64,000 nt of DNA, taken from the IMG/VR virus record IMGVR_UViG_3300025276_004419, positions 1-64,000 of that record, one strand, 5' to 3'. A model generated the notes under the pieces. The model was given only the letters and a program-made list of their open reading frames with translations, had not been told where the DNA came from and ran no database searches. Source of the DNA: a virus. A program made the translations under genes and the position numbers. Below, piece after piece: positions 9,867-19,972 of this stretch; the first letter of the stretch is position 1; every line of letters begins with the position of its first letter.

Positions 9867-11087
9867 ATGGCAAACAGAGATCTGCTAAAAGAAGCAATCG
9901 CTGACGCAAAAGCACTTAAAGAAACTGCTATTGCTAACGCAAAGGCTGCTCTAGAAGAAGCTTTCGAACCAAGACTTAAGTCAATGCTTTCAGCTAAACT
10001 TGAGGAAATGGAAAAAGAAGATGAACTAGAAGAAGCTAACACGACCGAAGCTAAGAAAAAGTACAAGGACGATGATCGTAAAGATGGAGGTGAAAGTAAA
10101 GAAACTAAACGTACAGAAAAAATGAAGTACGGTAAGGATCTAGCTGAATCTGAAGTAGACGAAGAAATGGACTTAGACGAAATTCTAGCTGAACTTGAAG
10201 GTGATGTATCAGAAGATGCAAGAACGGACGCTGAGGAAGAAGGCTACGAAGACGGCATGGAAGATGAAAAAGAAGACATGGAAGATAGTGACGAAGATGA
10301 AGAAATTGATCTTGACGACTTATCAGAAGATGATCTTAAATCATTTATCGAGGATGTAATCGCTGATATGGTTAACGACGGTGAATTAGAAGCTGGTGAA
10401 GAATTTGAAGCTGAAGACGAAGAGTCTGAAGATGAAGATATCGACATTGAAGTTGAAGATGAAGAAGAAGTAACTATTGATGAGAACGCACGTACTGACG
10501 CCGAGGAAGAAGGCTACAAGGACGGTATGAAAGACGAAAAAGAAGATATGGACGAAGGTGTTATGGATAAGCTTAAAGCTGCCTATAATGACAAAGAACT
10601 CTTATCTAAAATCGTTACTGTAGATGGTGAAAAAGTATCATTGAAAGATTTGTTAGGTTTAGCTAGTAGCGGTGCTGCAGGCGGAATGGCAACATCTGGA
10701 GCTGGTAAAATGTCATCAATCGGAGAAGCTGATGAAGAAATGGATGAAATGAAGAAAGAAATCGAAGAAATGAAATCTGACCTTCACGAAACTAATCTTT
10801 TAAATGCTAAACTTCTCTACACAAATAAAATTTTCAGAGCTAAAAACTTAAAAGAAGCTCAGAAAGTTAAAGTTCTAGAAGCGTTTGACAAGGCGTCGAA
10901 TGTTAAAGAAGTAAAACTTATTTTTGAAACTCTAAACGAAGGCATGGTTGCTAAAACAACTGCTGCTCCAATTAGAGAAAATCTAGGTCGCGCTTCTAAA
11001 GCTGCTGGTGTTGCACCAACAAAACAACCTATAGTTGAAATCAACTCTCAGGTTGCTAGATGGCAAAAACTAGCAGGTATTAAATAA
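9867..11087 (+). CDS. prohead scaffold/core protein (T4 gp22-like)
   Basis: Very acidic coiled-coil between protease and MCP; NLLNAKLLYTNKIF C-terminal block. Confidence 0.8.
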   Translation: MANRDLLKEAIADAKALKETAIANAKAALEEAFEPRLKSMLSAKLEEMEKEDELEEANTTEAKKKYKDDDRKDGGESKETKRTEKMKYGKDLAESEVDEEMDLDEILAELEGDVSEDARTDAEEEGYEDGMEDEKEDMEDSDEDEEIDLDDLSEDDLKSFIEDVIADMVNDGELEAGEEFEAEDEESEDEDIDIEVEDEEEVTIDENARTDAEEEGYKDGMKDEKEDMDEGVMDKLKAAYNDKELLSKIVTVDGEKVSLKDLLGLASSGAAGGMATSGAGKMSSIGEADEEMDEMKKEIEEMKSDLHETNLLNAKLLYTNKIFRAKNLKEAQKVKVLEAFDKASNVKEVKLIFETLNEGMVAKTTAAPIRENLGRASKAAGVAPTKQPIVEINSQVARWQKLAGIK

Positions 11088-11105
11088 CAATTAAATTTTA
11101 AACAA

Positions 11106-12794
11106 ATGTCACAATTAAATTCTCTTTTAGAGTCCGCAGGTTCAGGTTGGAAAAACATGCAATCGGACGCTGCTAGATTGGCTAATAAGTGGGAAAAAAC
11201 AGGTTTGTTAGAAGGCTTCAATAAAGAAGTTGATAAAAACAACATGAGTTTGATCCTCGAAAACCAAGCTAAACAATTAGTAACTGAGCAATCACAAACA
11301 GGTGGTACAGCTAACTTTTCAGTAGGTACTGGTGAGCAGTGGGCTGGTGTAGCTCTTCCATTGGTACGTAAGGTATTCGGTCAAATCGCTGCTAAGGAAT
11401 TCGTTTCTGTTCAGCCAATGAACTTGCCTTCAGGTCTAGTATTTTATCTAGATTTCCAATATGGTTCAGCAAAAACTCCATTTGCTGCTGGTGATTCACT
11501 TTATGGTAATGCTAACGCAGATTTCCCATTCGGTACTAACACAAACAACTTAGACCAATTAGGTGCTGGTGGATTGTATGGTGCAGGTAAGTTTACTTAC
11601 TCAACTAACCAATTCTCAGAATCAATTGATCTAGTACTTCAAGCTGGTGTTGCATCTGCTTCTGCAGTTTTTTCTGATATCAACTTTGATAGTAGATTAT
11701 CACAATCATTAGCTGATAACGAAATTTGGAAATACCAAGTTGCTACTGCAGACTTGCCATCATTCGATTCTGAAGCTGTTCGTGGTTTCGTTCTTATTTC
11801 AGGATCAATCGGAGATGCTACTGCAGTACAAGCTGATGATTTGCTAATGTCATTTACTAAAGTAAACGGTGCAAATCTTGAATTCTTTGTATCTGCTTCA
11901 GATGCTTCGCTTCTTAAATTACTAAGTTACGATGTATTCTATCAGAAAGCAACAACTATGTCTCCTTACGAGGTAGGTGATTTCGAAGCAGGTAATGACT
12001 TTGCTGAGCCAAACTCACTTAACCAGACTCAAATCGCAATCCCTGAGATTAACATTCAGATGCGTTCAGAGGCTATCGTAGCTAAGACTAAAAAGTTGAA
12101 AGCTGTTTGGACTCCTGAGTTCGCTCAAGATCTTAACGCTTACCAAGCTTTGGATGCTGAAGCTGAAGTAACTAACATCATGAGTGAGTACATTTCTTTG
12201 GAAATTGACTTAGAAATTCTTGATATGTTGATTGAAGATGCTGCCGCTGGTACTGAGTACTGGTCAGCTCAAAACAACAGACAAGTAGATGCAGCTGGTA
12301 ACGTTGTTAACGTTGACGCTTCAGGTTTCTACAATACTCAAGGTGGTTGGTTCCAAACTTTAGGTACTAAACTACAGAAATTGTCAAATAGAATTCACCA
12401 GTTAACTCTTAGAGGTGGTGCTAATTTTATGGTAATTTCTCCTGCTGTTGCAACAATCCTAGAATCAATTCCAGGATTTGCCTCAACTTCAGATGGTGAT
12501 GTATCTAAAAACTATGCGTTTGGTGTACAAAAAGCTGGTTCATTGAATAACAGATATGACGTATACAAAAACCCTTACATGAACGAAAACATTATCCTTA
12601 TGGGGTATAGAGGTTCTCAGTTCTTGGAAAGTGGTGCTGTATTCGCTCCATACATTCCGTTAATCATGACTCCTCTTATCTACGATCCAGAAACGTTTAC
12701 TCCACGTAAAGGTCTCTTAACTCGTTATGCTAAGAAGATGATTCGTCCAGAATTCTATGGTAAAGTATATGTAAACGGTTTAAATACCCTTTAA
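11106..12794 (+). CDS. major capsid protein (T4 gp23-like)
   Basis: FVSVQPMNLPSGLVFYL, KTKKLKAVWTPEFAQDL, FAPYIPL, GLLTRYA motifs. Confidence 0.96.
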   Translation: MSQLNSLLESAGSGWKNMQSDAARLANKWEKTGLLEGFNKEVDKNNMSLILENQAKQLVTEQSQTGGTANFSVGTGEQWAGVALPLVRKVFGQIAAKEFVSVQPMNLPSGLVFYLDFQYGSAKTPFAAGDSLYGNANADFPFGTNTNNLDQLGAGGLYGAGKFTYSTNQFSESIDLVLQAGVASASAVFSDINFDSRLSQSLADNEIWKYQVATADLPSFDSEAVRGFVLISGSIGDATAVQADDLLMSFTKVNGANLEFFVSASDASLLKLLSYDVFYQKATTMSPYEVGDFEAGNDFAEPNSLNQTQIAIPEINIQMRSEAIVAKTKKLKAVWTPEFAQDLNAYQALDAEAEVTNIMSEYISLEIDLEILDMLIEDAAAGTEYWSAQNNRQVDAAGNVVNVDASGFYNTQGGWFQTLGTKLQKLSNRIHQLTLRGGANFMVISPAVATILESIPGFASTSDGDVSKNYAFGVQKAGSLNNRYDVYKNPYMNENIILMGYRGSQFLESGAVFAPYIPLIMTPLIYDPETFTPRKGLLTRYAKKMIRPEFYGKVYVNGLNTL

Positions 12795-12820
12795 TATATA
12801 GCCTAGAATAGGAAAAATTA

Positions 12821-12847
12821 AGCCCCGCGAAAGCGGGGCTTTTTTTT
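12821..12847 (+). terminator. intrinsic terminator after MCP
   Basis: AGCCCCGC-GAAA-GCGGGGCT plus T7. Confidence 0.9.
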
Positions 12848-12856
12848 ATATGTATA
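12848..12856 (+). promoter_or_regulatory. putative late promoter
   Basis: ATATGTATA after terminator, before phoH. Confidence 0.6.
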
Positions 12857-12880
12857 ATAAACAACTAAAAGTTCTATATT

Positions 12881-13612
12881 ATGGCTCAAAAGCATCATGA
12901 TGATGAGGTATTCCGTGAAAAGCGTAAACCTAAAACTCCTATCAAGTTTAAAATCACATTAAATGAGGAACAAAAAGAAGCTAAATCTAAAATCCTTAAA
13001 AGTACAATTACTCTATTAGCAGGCTCAGCAGGTTCAGGTAAAACTTTACTAGCTTGTCAAATTGCACTTGAGAAATTATTCATGAGAGAATGCGATAAAA
13101 TAATCATAACGCGACCTACTGTGAGTAAGGAGGAAATCGGCTTTTTACCGGGTGATCTCCGCGAGAAAATGGACCCATGGGTGCAGCCTATTTATCAAAA
13201 TATGTATGCCCTATATGATAAAGTTAAAATTGAAAAACTTATATCAGATGGTGCAATAGAGATTGTCCCTGTTAGTTTTATGCGTGGTAGAACATTCTTA
13301 GATAGCGTTGTTATTGTAGATGAAGCTCAAAACGTTACACACGAACAAATGCAAATGATTGTTACTCGTATTGGTTTACGTTCTAAAATGATTGTGTGTG
13401 GTGATGATCACCAAGTGGATTTAAAGTCAAAACGCGATTCTGGATTTAGATTTTTATATACAGCAGCACGTAAGATAAAAAACATGGTAGGTATTTCTTT
13501 AGTAACTAACCATAGAGATCCAATTGTTGAAGATTTAATCAATTTATACGATGAAGCGGAAGAAAATGGATTAGATTTAGGCACTTCAGGTTCTAGCAAT
13601 AAACGTAAATAG
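12881..13612 (+). CDS. phoH: PhoH-like ATPase
   Basis: GSAGSGKT, GFLPGDL.EK, FMRGRT, IVDEAQN, GDxxQ.D motifs. Confidence 0.93.
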   Translation: MAQKHHDDEVFREKRKPKTPIKFKITLNEEQKEAKSKILKSTITLLAGSAGSGKTLLACQIALEKLFMRECDKIIITRPTVSKEEIGFLPGDLREKMDPWVQPIYQNMYALYDKVKIEKLISDGAIEIVPVSFMRGRTFLDSVVIVDEAQNVTHEQMQMIVTRIGLRSKMIVCGDDHQVDLKSKRDSGFRFLYTAARKIKNMVGISLVTNHRDPIVEDLINLYDEAEENGLDLGTSGSSNKRK

Positions 13613-13626
13613 TAATATTTCTTCTA

Positions 13627-13635
13627 ATATTTATA
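13627..13635 (+). promoter_or_regulatory. putative late promoter
   Basis: ATATTTATA. Confidence 0.6.
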
Positions 13636-13647
13636 ACTAAAATAAGC

Positions 13648-14163
13648 ATGGCAAATTGTCCTCCTAAAACTCCACCTACTGGCTGTTTGGATGTAACTAT
13701 CCAAGAATCTATTATTCTTCCTAATTATAATACCCAGGAATCGTTTAATAAATTTACTGTATGTGGTATAAACAACTATGTTACAAGAACTGAAGTTATT
13801 GACCATCAATGGAGTGGTTCACTTACGGCAAATGGTATAGGTATTATAGGGTTCGCCCCAACCAAAGAAGAACTCACCCCAGGAGCTTTTGTAAATACAG
13901 ACGTTAAATATATTAGAATTACTAATTTCCCTACCAGTGATAAATTTGCAAGTATATTTTGTGTTAAATCAAATGCAGAATCAGTCACATTTAAAGTAGA
14001 ACCAGGAAAATCTCTTATTTTAGCTAATGATGCTTTTGATGTCCCAGCATTAGTTTCAGGTTCATTAGATTATATGAGTGAAATTAAAGCAATGGCGGGT
14101 GATGGTAACAACCCAGACTATTCAGGTAGTATACAAATTGAATATGTTGTTGCCTCAGCTTAA
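13648..14163 (+). CDS. hypothetical protein (possibly structural)
   Basis: 171-aa beta-rich ORF preceded by ATATTTATA. Confidence 0.5.
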   Translation: MANCPPKTPPTGCLDVTIQESIILPNYNTQESFNKFTVCGINNYVTRTEVIDHQWSGSLTANGIGIIGFAPTKEELTPGAFVNTDVKYIRITNFPTSDKFASIFCVKSNAESVTFKVEPGKSLILANDAFDVPALVSGSLDYMSEIKAMAGDGNNPDYSGSIQIEYVVASA

Positions 14164-14187
14164 TATATAAAACACACATTTAAATTT

Positions 14188-14216
14188 AGGGGCCCTTAAT
14201 TGGAGCCCCTTCTTTT
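14188..14216 (+). terminator. probable intrinsic terminator
   Basis: AGGGGCCC...GAGCCCCT plus TCTTTT. Confidence 0.6.
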
Positions 14217-14217
14217 A

Positions 14218-14226
14218 ATATTTATA
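14218..14226 (+). promoter_or_regulatory. putative late promoter
   Basis: ATATTTATA before neck gene. Confidence 0.65.
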
Positions 14227-14236
14227 ACAAAAAGAC

Positions 14237-15400
14237 ATGGCAAACATCCCTATTTGGCCTGGATCATCATCATTTGCACCAGGAGATACTCCATTCGGTT
14301 TTTATGATTATAATCCTGACTTTCAAAGAGATGCTGATAAAGTATCTAAATTTTGTGGTCTACGTTTAGGTTTCCCAATTGAAAACGTTGAATTACAAGA
14401 TATAAACTTCTATACTGCTTTTGAGGAAGCCGTTACTGTTTATTCTAACGAATTATTCGCTTATAAACAAAGGGAAGACTATTTAACTTTAGAAGGTACT
14501 TCTTATTCGTATGAAAATAGTAATATAAATTTTCAAGATGCTATTGTTACCCCTAATTTAAGAACAATAGTTGACCTCTCGGAACAATATGGAACTTGGG
14601 CAGGTGTAGGTGGTGATGTAGATTGGTATAAAGGCAATATTGTCCTTACATCAAGCATCCAAGATTATAATTTAGATGATTGGGCATCATCAGTAGGTTT
14701 AACTGGTAGCGATGTTGAAATTATGAGAATATTTTATGAACCACGCCCCGCAAGTTCTGAAATATTTGGTGGTTTTATGGGTGGTGCCTTAGGTATGGGT
14801 GCTATAGCAGCATCAGGGATGGCAGGATATGGAGCAAATTCATTTTTAATGACACCCTTAAGTATGGATCTACAAATGATTCAAGGTATTGAAATGTTTA
14901 GAAATGTTTTATTTGCTAACTATACATTCCAATTAATTAATAATAAATTAAGGATATTCCCAGTCCCAACCGATTCTGAAAATGGTGATAATTTATGGTT
15001 TGAATATATGCTTAAATCTGATGAAGATTGTGTTGCTGTAGAAGTAGATCCTAATAAAATATCTAACATATCTCAAGTCCCTTATAGAAATATTGATTAC
15101 GATAGTATCAATTCTGTAGGTAGAAGTTGGATATTTGAATATACATTAGCATTATCTAAAGAAATATTAGGCTACGTAAGAGGTAAATACACTTCAGTAC
15201 CAATCCCAGGAGCGGAAGTAACATTAAATCAAGCTGATTTATTAACATCAGCAACAGCAGATAAAAATGCATTAGTAGATAGATTACGAGCTTATTTTGA
15301 TGATACTTCTAGACAAAAATTACTAGAAAGAAAACAAGCTGAGTCAGTAGCAATGCAAAGTGAATTAGATAGAGTACCAATGACAATCTTTGTAGGATAA
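14237..15400 (+). CDS. neck protein (T4 gp13-like)
   Basis: LGFPIENVEL.D, WIFEYTLALSKEILGYVRGKY..VPIPG..VTLN motifs; position after MCP. Confidence 0.65.
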   Translation: MANIPIWPGSSSFAPGDTPFGFYDYNPDFQRDADKVSKFCGLRLGFPIENVELQDINFYTAFEEAVTVYSNELFAYKQREDYLTLEGTSYSYENSNINFQDAIVTPNLRTIVDLSEQYGTWAGVGGDVDWYKGNIVLTSSIQDYNLDDWASSVGLTGSDVEIMRIFYEPRPASSEIFGGFMGGALGMGAIAASGMAGYGANSFLMTPLSMDLQMIQGIEMFRNVLFANYTFQLINNKLRIFPVPTDSENGDNLWFEYMLKSDEDCVAVEVDPNKISNISQVPYRNIDYDSINSVGRSWIFEYTLALSKEILGYVRGKYTSVPIPGAEVTLNQADLLTSATADKNALVDRLRAYFDDTSRQKLLERKQAESVAMQSELDRVPMTIFVG

Positions 15401-15966
15401 TGGCATTATACGGTGGAGCAAGAGACATGAGTCTCTTTAGAAATATTAATAGGGAATTAATGCACGACATTATTTCTCAACAATGTGTTTTGTACAAATA
15501 TGATTTGGATGAGACGCAAGTAAATATATATGGCGAAGCTTCTACCGAAAAATATTACCACCCACCAGTATTGTTGTATTGTTTAATCGAAACCCCTAAT
15601 CAACAATTTCCTGAAAGTGAATTTGGTCCTAATTTTAATTGGAACCCAACATTTAAATTCTTAAAAGATGATCTTTTAGCACCTACATCAGGCAGTTGTG
15701 AAGAAGATAACGATAATCCTAATAGTGCTAATTTAGTAACTGAAATAGGTGATATTATTATGTATCATGATTCATATTTCCAAATTGATACTGTTAATAT
15801 AAGTCAATATTTTGTAGGTAAAGATCCACAATATGATTTTAAAGATGATAATGGTGTAAATCCACTAGAATCTGATTTAAATAGATTTGGTTATAATGTC
15901 TCAGTAATATGTGAAACTCATTACGTACCAGCAGATAAAGTACAAATTCAATTAGAAAGATTTTAA
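15400..15966 (+). CDS. neck/head-closure protein (T4 gp14-like)
   Basis: NIYGEA..K.Y motif, GDII.Y; synteny. Confidence 0.6.
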   Translation: MALYGGARDMSLFRNINRELMHDIISQQCVLYKYDLDETQVNIYGEASTEKYYHPPVLLYCLIETPNQQFPESEFGPNFNWNPTFKFLKDDLLAPTSGSCEEDNDNPNSANLVTEIGDIIMYHDSYFQIDTVNISQYFVGKDPQYDFKDDNGVNPLESDLNRFGYNVSVICETHYVPADKVQIQLERF

Positions 15967-16940
15967 TGGCTAAACAAAGAAAACCCATACCAAAATCACA
16001 AAGAGAACTTAGCGAAGGTTTACAAACCCCTAGTTATGTTCAAGCTGGTAATCCTAATGGTGCAAATAAGTACTCTGAAAATCCCAACCTAAATCAGGCC
16101 GGTATACCATTTAACCGTTCAGAAAAGATGTCTCGTAAAGGAGACACGTATAAAGACTTTACAGTTGGATTACAGGATATAGATGAGGCAATTTTTTATT
16201 ATTTTGAAAATGTAATACGTCCTACAGTAATTCAAAACGGGGAAAGAATAGCAGTACCCGTTATATATGGTTCACCTGAAAGATGGAAATCAGTTCAAAA
16301 AGATGGGTATTATAGAGATAAAAATGGTGCCATAATGTCACCTATAATTTTATTCAAACGTAATTCATTAACAAAAAATAGAACACTAACAAATAAATTA
16401 GACGCTAACCAACCTAATCTATATACGGGTTGGATGAAGCAGTATAATGACAAAAATTTCTATTCTAATTTTAACGCACTAAATAATAGAGACCAAACTA
16501 AACAATTTGTAGCAAATGTAGTCCCAGATTATGTAAACCTCCAATATAGTGTTATTATTCAAACATATTATGTAGACCAACTAAACAAGATAATAGAAGC
16601 AGTTGAGTACGCATCAGATGCGTACTGGGGTAATCCTGACCGTTATAAATTCATGGCTCGTATTGACAGCTTTAATACTGTAAATGAAATAGCAAAGGGT
16701 GAAGATCGTTCTGTTAGGAGTACATTTAACATCAATATGTATGGATATATAATACCGGACGCTATACAAAAAGAATTAAGCTCTATTAAAAAATACAATT
16801 CAAAATCAAAAATTGTATTTTCATTAGAAACTACTTCAAATCCTGATGTGTTTACTCCGGACCCTCAAGTTACAGAAGACGGTAGAGAACGTCTTGCTGA
16901 AAATGTTACGACACGTAAAAGATTAAATGACGAAGAATAA
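15966..16940 (+). CDS. tail terminator/sheath stabiliser (T4 gp15-like)
   Basis: VPVIYGSPERW, VPDYVNLQY motifs; synteny. Confidence 0.6.
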   Translation: MAKQRKPIPKSQRELSEGLQTPSYVQAGNPNGANKYSENPNLNQAGIPFNRSEKMSRKGDTYKDFTVGLQDIDEAIFYYFENVIRPTVIQNGERIAVPVIYGSPERWKSVQKDGYYRDKNGAIMSPIILFKRNSLTKNRTLTNKLDANQPNLYTGWMKQYNDKNFYSNFNALNNRDQTKQFVANVVPDYVNLQYSVIIQTYYVDQLNKIIEAVEYASDAYWGNPDRYKFMARIDSFNTVNEIAKGEDRSVRSTFNINMYGYIIPDAIQKELSSIKKYNSKSKIVFSLETTSNPDVFTPDPQVTEDGRERLAENVTTRKRLNDEE

Positions 16941-17260
16941 TGGGTAACGTAAGATTTTTAGATCAAGTATCAGTAAACTCATTTGCTAATGGAACTAATA
17001 ATTCATCAGCATTTGGTGCTGCTCTTCCTAGGATAATACTCCCAGGAGCAACATATATAGTATCATCTAATACTAGTGTATCTACTTGGAGATTAACAAA
17101 CGCTGGTACATTAATTTTAGAACTTGGCCCACAAATAGAATTACCTGATGGTAGTGTGGTACGTGCTGATTCTCAACTTTATGTTGGAGATATTTTAGAA
17201 AACCAAGGTACTATATTCAACTCAGGATTAATAGAAATAGGAGGAGAACAAACTAATTAA
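16940..17260 (+). CDS. hypothetical protein
   Basis: 106-aa ORF. Confidence 0.45.
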   Translation: MGNVRFLDQVSVNSFANGTNNSSAFGAALPRIILPGATYIVSSNTSVSTWRLTNAGTLILELGPQIELPDGSVVRADSQLYVGDILENQGTIFNSGLIEIGGEQTN

Positions 17261-17288
17261 AAGTTTGTTTTTTTGATGGAAAGTTAAA

Positions 17289-17297
17289 ATATTTATA
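17289..17297 (+). promoter_or_regulatory. putative late promoter
   Basis: ATATTTATA before fibre 1. Confidence 0.6.
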
Positions 17298-17313
17298 ATA
17301 AAATTTATTCGCA

Positions 17314-19902
17314 GTGGCTCAAATTAATATACTAAATACCTCAGGAAGTGACGTAACAGTTCCAGCTAATGGAAACGTTGCGATTTTTTCTTCTGGTTCG
17401 CTAGGAGACGAAGGTCTATTTTTAAAAGAATCTAATGGTAATATCATAGAAGTAGGTTCTGGAGGCGGAGGTGGCTCTGGTAGCTCTGGTTCTTCGGGTA
17501 CTTCTGGATCAAGTGGTTCTTCTGGTACTTCAGGTCAAGGTGTCCCTGCTGGGGGTACCGTAGATCAAGTATTAGCTAAAGTTGATGGTACTGACTACAA
17601 TACAACATGGGTAGACCAATCAGGTGGAGGTGCAGGTAGTTCAGGTAGCTCAGGTACTTCAGGTGCTGACGGTTCTTCAGGTTCATCAGGTACATCAGGT
17701 GCCGACGGTAGTTCAGGTTCATCAGGTACTTCAGGAAGTGATGGTGCTGATGGTTCATCAGGTAGCTCAGGTACTTCAGGAGCAGACGGTTCAAGTGGTT
17801 CAAGCGGTACTTCAGGAGCAGACGGATCTTCAGGTTCATCAGGAACCTCAGGTGCAGATGGTTCAAGTGGCTCATCCGGTACATCAGGTAACGACGGTTC
17901 ATCAGGTTCATCAGGAACTTCAGGTGCTGATGGTTCATCTGGATCAAGTGGTACCTCAGGTATAGGTACAGATGGTAGCTCAGGTAGTTCAGGTACTTCA
18001 GGTGCCGATGGTTCATCAGGTTCCTCAGGTACTTCAGGTGCCGACGGATCTTCAGGTTCATCAGGTACTTCAGGTGCAGACGGATCTTCAGGTTCATCAG
18101 GTACTTCAGGTGCGGACGGTTCATCAGGTTCTTCAGGAACCTCAGGTATAGGAACAGACGGATCAAGCGGTTCATCCGGTACTTCAGGTGCTGATGGTTC
18201 AAGTGGTAGTTCAGGTACCTCAGGAGCAACAGGTGCTGATGGAGATAGATATCAAACCGTTTCAACCTCAACATTTACATTAGGTGTTAGTGGTACTCTT
18301 ACTGTAGGAACAGGATTAGCATATTCAATAGCTCAACAAATTTTAATAGTATTAGATGCTTCAAATTACCAAGTAAGTGAAGTAACAGCATATAATTCAG
18401 GAACAGGAGTAATAACATTTGCCACACCAACAGAATTAGTAGGTTCAGGTACAGCTTCCTCTTGGGATGTTAACTTAGCAGGTGCCTCAGGTGGTGATGG
18501 TAGTTCAGGTTCCTCAGGTACTTCAGGTGCTGACGGTTCTTCAGGTTCCTCAGGTACTTCAGGTGCTGACGGTTCTTCAGGTTCATCAGGTACTTCGGGT
18601 GCTGACGGTTCTTCAGGTTCATCAGGTACATCAGGTATAGGAACAGACGGATCAAGTGGTTCATCAGGAACTTCAGGTGCAGAAGGATCTTCAGGTTCAT
18701 CAGGTACATCAGGTGCAGACGGATCTTCAGGATCTTCAGGTACATCGGGTGCGGATGGTTCATCAGGTAGTTCAGGGTCATCAGGGACCTCAGGTATAGG
18801 TACAGATGGTTCAAGTGGTTCATCCGGTACTTCAGGTGCAGATGGTTCAAGTGGTTCTTCAGGTACATCAGGTATAAATGGTTCTTCAGGATCTTCAGGT
18901 ACTTCAGGTGCAGATGGTTCTTCAGGATCTTCAGGTACATCAGGTGCCGACGGTTCATCAGGTTCATCAGGAACCTCAGGTATAGGAACGGACGGAAGCT
19001 CAGGTTCATCTGGTACTTCAGGTGCCGATGGTAGCTCAGGCAGCTCAGGTACTTCAGGTACAGACGGATCTTCAGGTACTTCTGGTACTTCAGGTATCGC
19101 AGGTGCAGCAGGTTCATCAGGTTCATCAGGAACAAGTGGTGCTGACGGTTCATCAGGTTCATCAGGAACTTCAGGTCAAGGTGTCCCAGCAGGTGGTACT
19201 GCAGATCAGGTATTATCTAAAATTGATGGTACTGACTACAATACAGCATGGGTAGATCAATCAGGTGGGGGTGGTACTTCATATAACCCAGTAGTTAGAT
19301 ATATAGTAACTGCAGCTGGTAATTCATCTCAAGTAACTTCTTCAGGTAACATAGAAAGTAATTTGACTTGGTCACGTTCGGGTACAGTATTAACTATAAC
19401 TTCTGTAGCACACGGTTTAACAACTGGTGATTATATTGTTATTAGAAATATGAGTTCAGATTACTTGTATGTTGCAGCGGGCGCTCCAACAGTTGATACA
19501 CTTACTTGTACTGTACCTGCTACAGGAGGTACTAGTGGTGCGGAAGGTGCTTATATTGCAGCATTTGATATTACAGCTTTAAGTAATAGTACTTTGACAG
19601 TAGCTTCCCCAAGTGCCGGTAATTGTCAGTTACATTCGATCACCCATTTCTTAGATGTTATGGAAGATAGTAGTATAACAGTAACTGTACCTTCAAATGC
19701 ACTTTCAAATGGTGCAGGTGGTAATAGTTCACTAAGTACTAAAATACCTCCTACATTTAACTATTTTAATGTTGGTGGAGGTACTTCAGCTAGAGTAGGT
19801 GCAGCTTCTGTATCATTCAGTACATCAGGTACATTTAATGTTTATACATTATCAGGTGGTTTAGATACATTTGGAGATTGTTTATACATGCTACAATTTT
19901 AA
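17314..19902 (+). CDS. Ser/Thr-rich Gly-X-Y fibre protein 1
   Basis: GTG start; GSS/GTS/GAD triplets, two GQGVPAGGT.DQVL.K.DGTDYNT.WVDQSGGG modules, internal GDRYQT... globular insert, beta-rich C-terminus. Confidence 0.8.
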   Translation: MAQINILNTSGSDVTVPANGNVAIFSSGSLGDEGLFLKESNGNIIEVGSGGGGGSGSSGSSGTSGSSGSSGTSGQGVPAGGTVDQVLAKVDGTDYNTTWVDQSGGGAGSSGSSGTSGADGSSGSSGTSGADGSSGSSGTSGSDGADGSSGSSGTSGADGSSGSSGTSGADGSSGSSGTSGADGSSGSSGTSGNDGSSGSSGTSGADGSSGSSGTSGIGTDGSSGSSGTSGADGSSGSSGTSGADGSSGSSGTSGADGSSGSSGTSGADGSSGSSGTSGIGTDGSSGSSGTSGADGSSGSSGTSGATGADGDRYQTVSTSTFTLGVSGTLTVGTGLAYSIAQQILIVLDASNYQVSEVTAYNSGTGVITFATPTELVGSGTASSWDVNLAGASGGDGSSGSSGTSGADGSSGSSGTSGADGSSGSSGTSGADGSSGSSGTSGIGTDGSSGSSGTSGAEGSSGSSGTSGADGSSGSSGTSGADGSSGSSGSSGTSGIGTDGSSGSSGTSGADGSSGSSGTSGINGSSGSSGTSGADGSSGSSGTSGADGSSGSSGTSGIGTDGSSGSSGTSGADGSSGSSGTSGTDGSSGTSGTSGIAGAAGSSGSSGTSGADGSSGSSGTSGQGVPAGGTADQVLSKIDGTDYNTAWVDQSGGGGTSYNPVVRYIVTAAGNSSQVTSSGNIESNLTWSRSGTVLTITSVAHGLTTGDYIVIRNMSSDYLYVAAGAPTVDTLTCTVPATGGTSGAEGAYIAAFDITALSNSTLTVASPSAGNCQLHSITHFLDVMEDSSITVTVPSNALSNGAGGNSSLSTKIPPTFNYFNVGGGTSARVGAASVSFSTSGTFNVYTLSGGLDTFGDCLYMLQF
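17464..19176 (+). repeat. coding 9-bp-unit Gly-X-Y (GSS/GTS/GAD) repeats
   Basis: Recurrent TCAGGTTCATCAGGTACT-type units, split by two non-repeat inserts. Confidence 0.9.
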
Positions 19903-19927
19903 AAGAATAAAACCTAAAAAAAACATA

Positions 19928-19954
19928 GAGCCCTCCATTTGGGGGGCTTTTTTT
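19928..19954 (+). terminator. intrinsic terminator after fibre 1
   Basis: GAGCCCTCC-ATTT-GGGGGGCTT plus T run. Confidence 0.8.
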
Positions 19955-19955
19955 C

Positions 19956-19964
19956 ATATTTATA
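19956..19964 (+). promoter_or_regulatory. putative late promoter
   Basis: ATATTTATA after terminator. Confidence 0.65.
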
Positions 19965-19972
19965 ATAAATTC

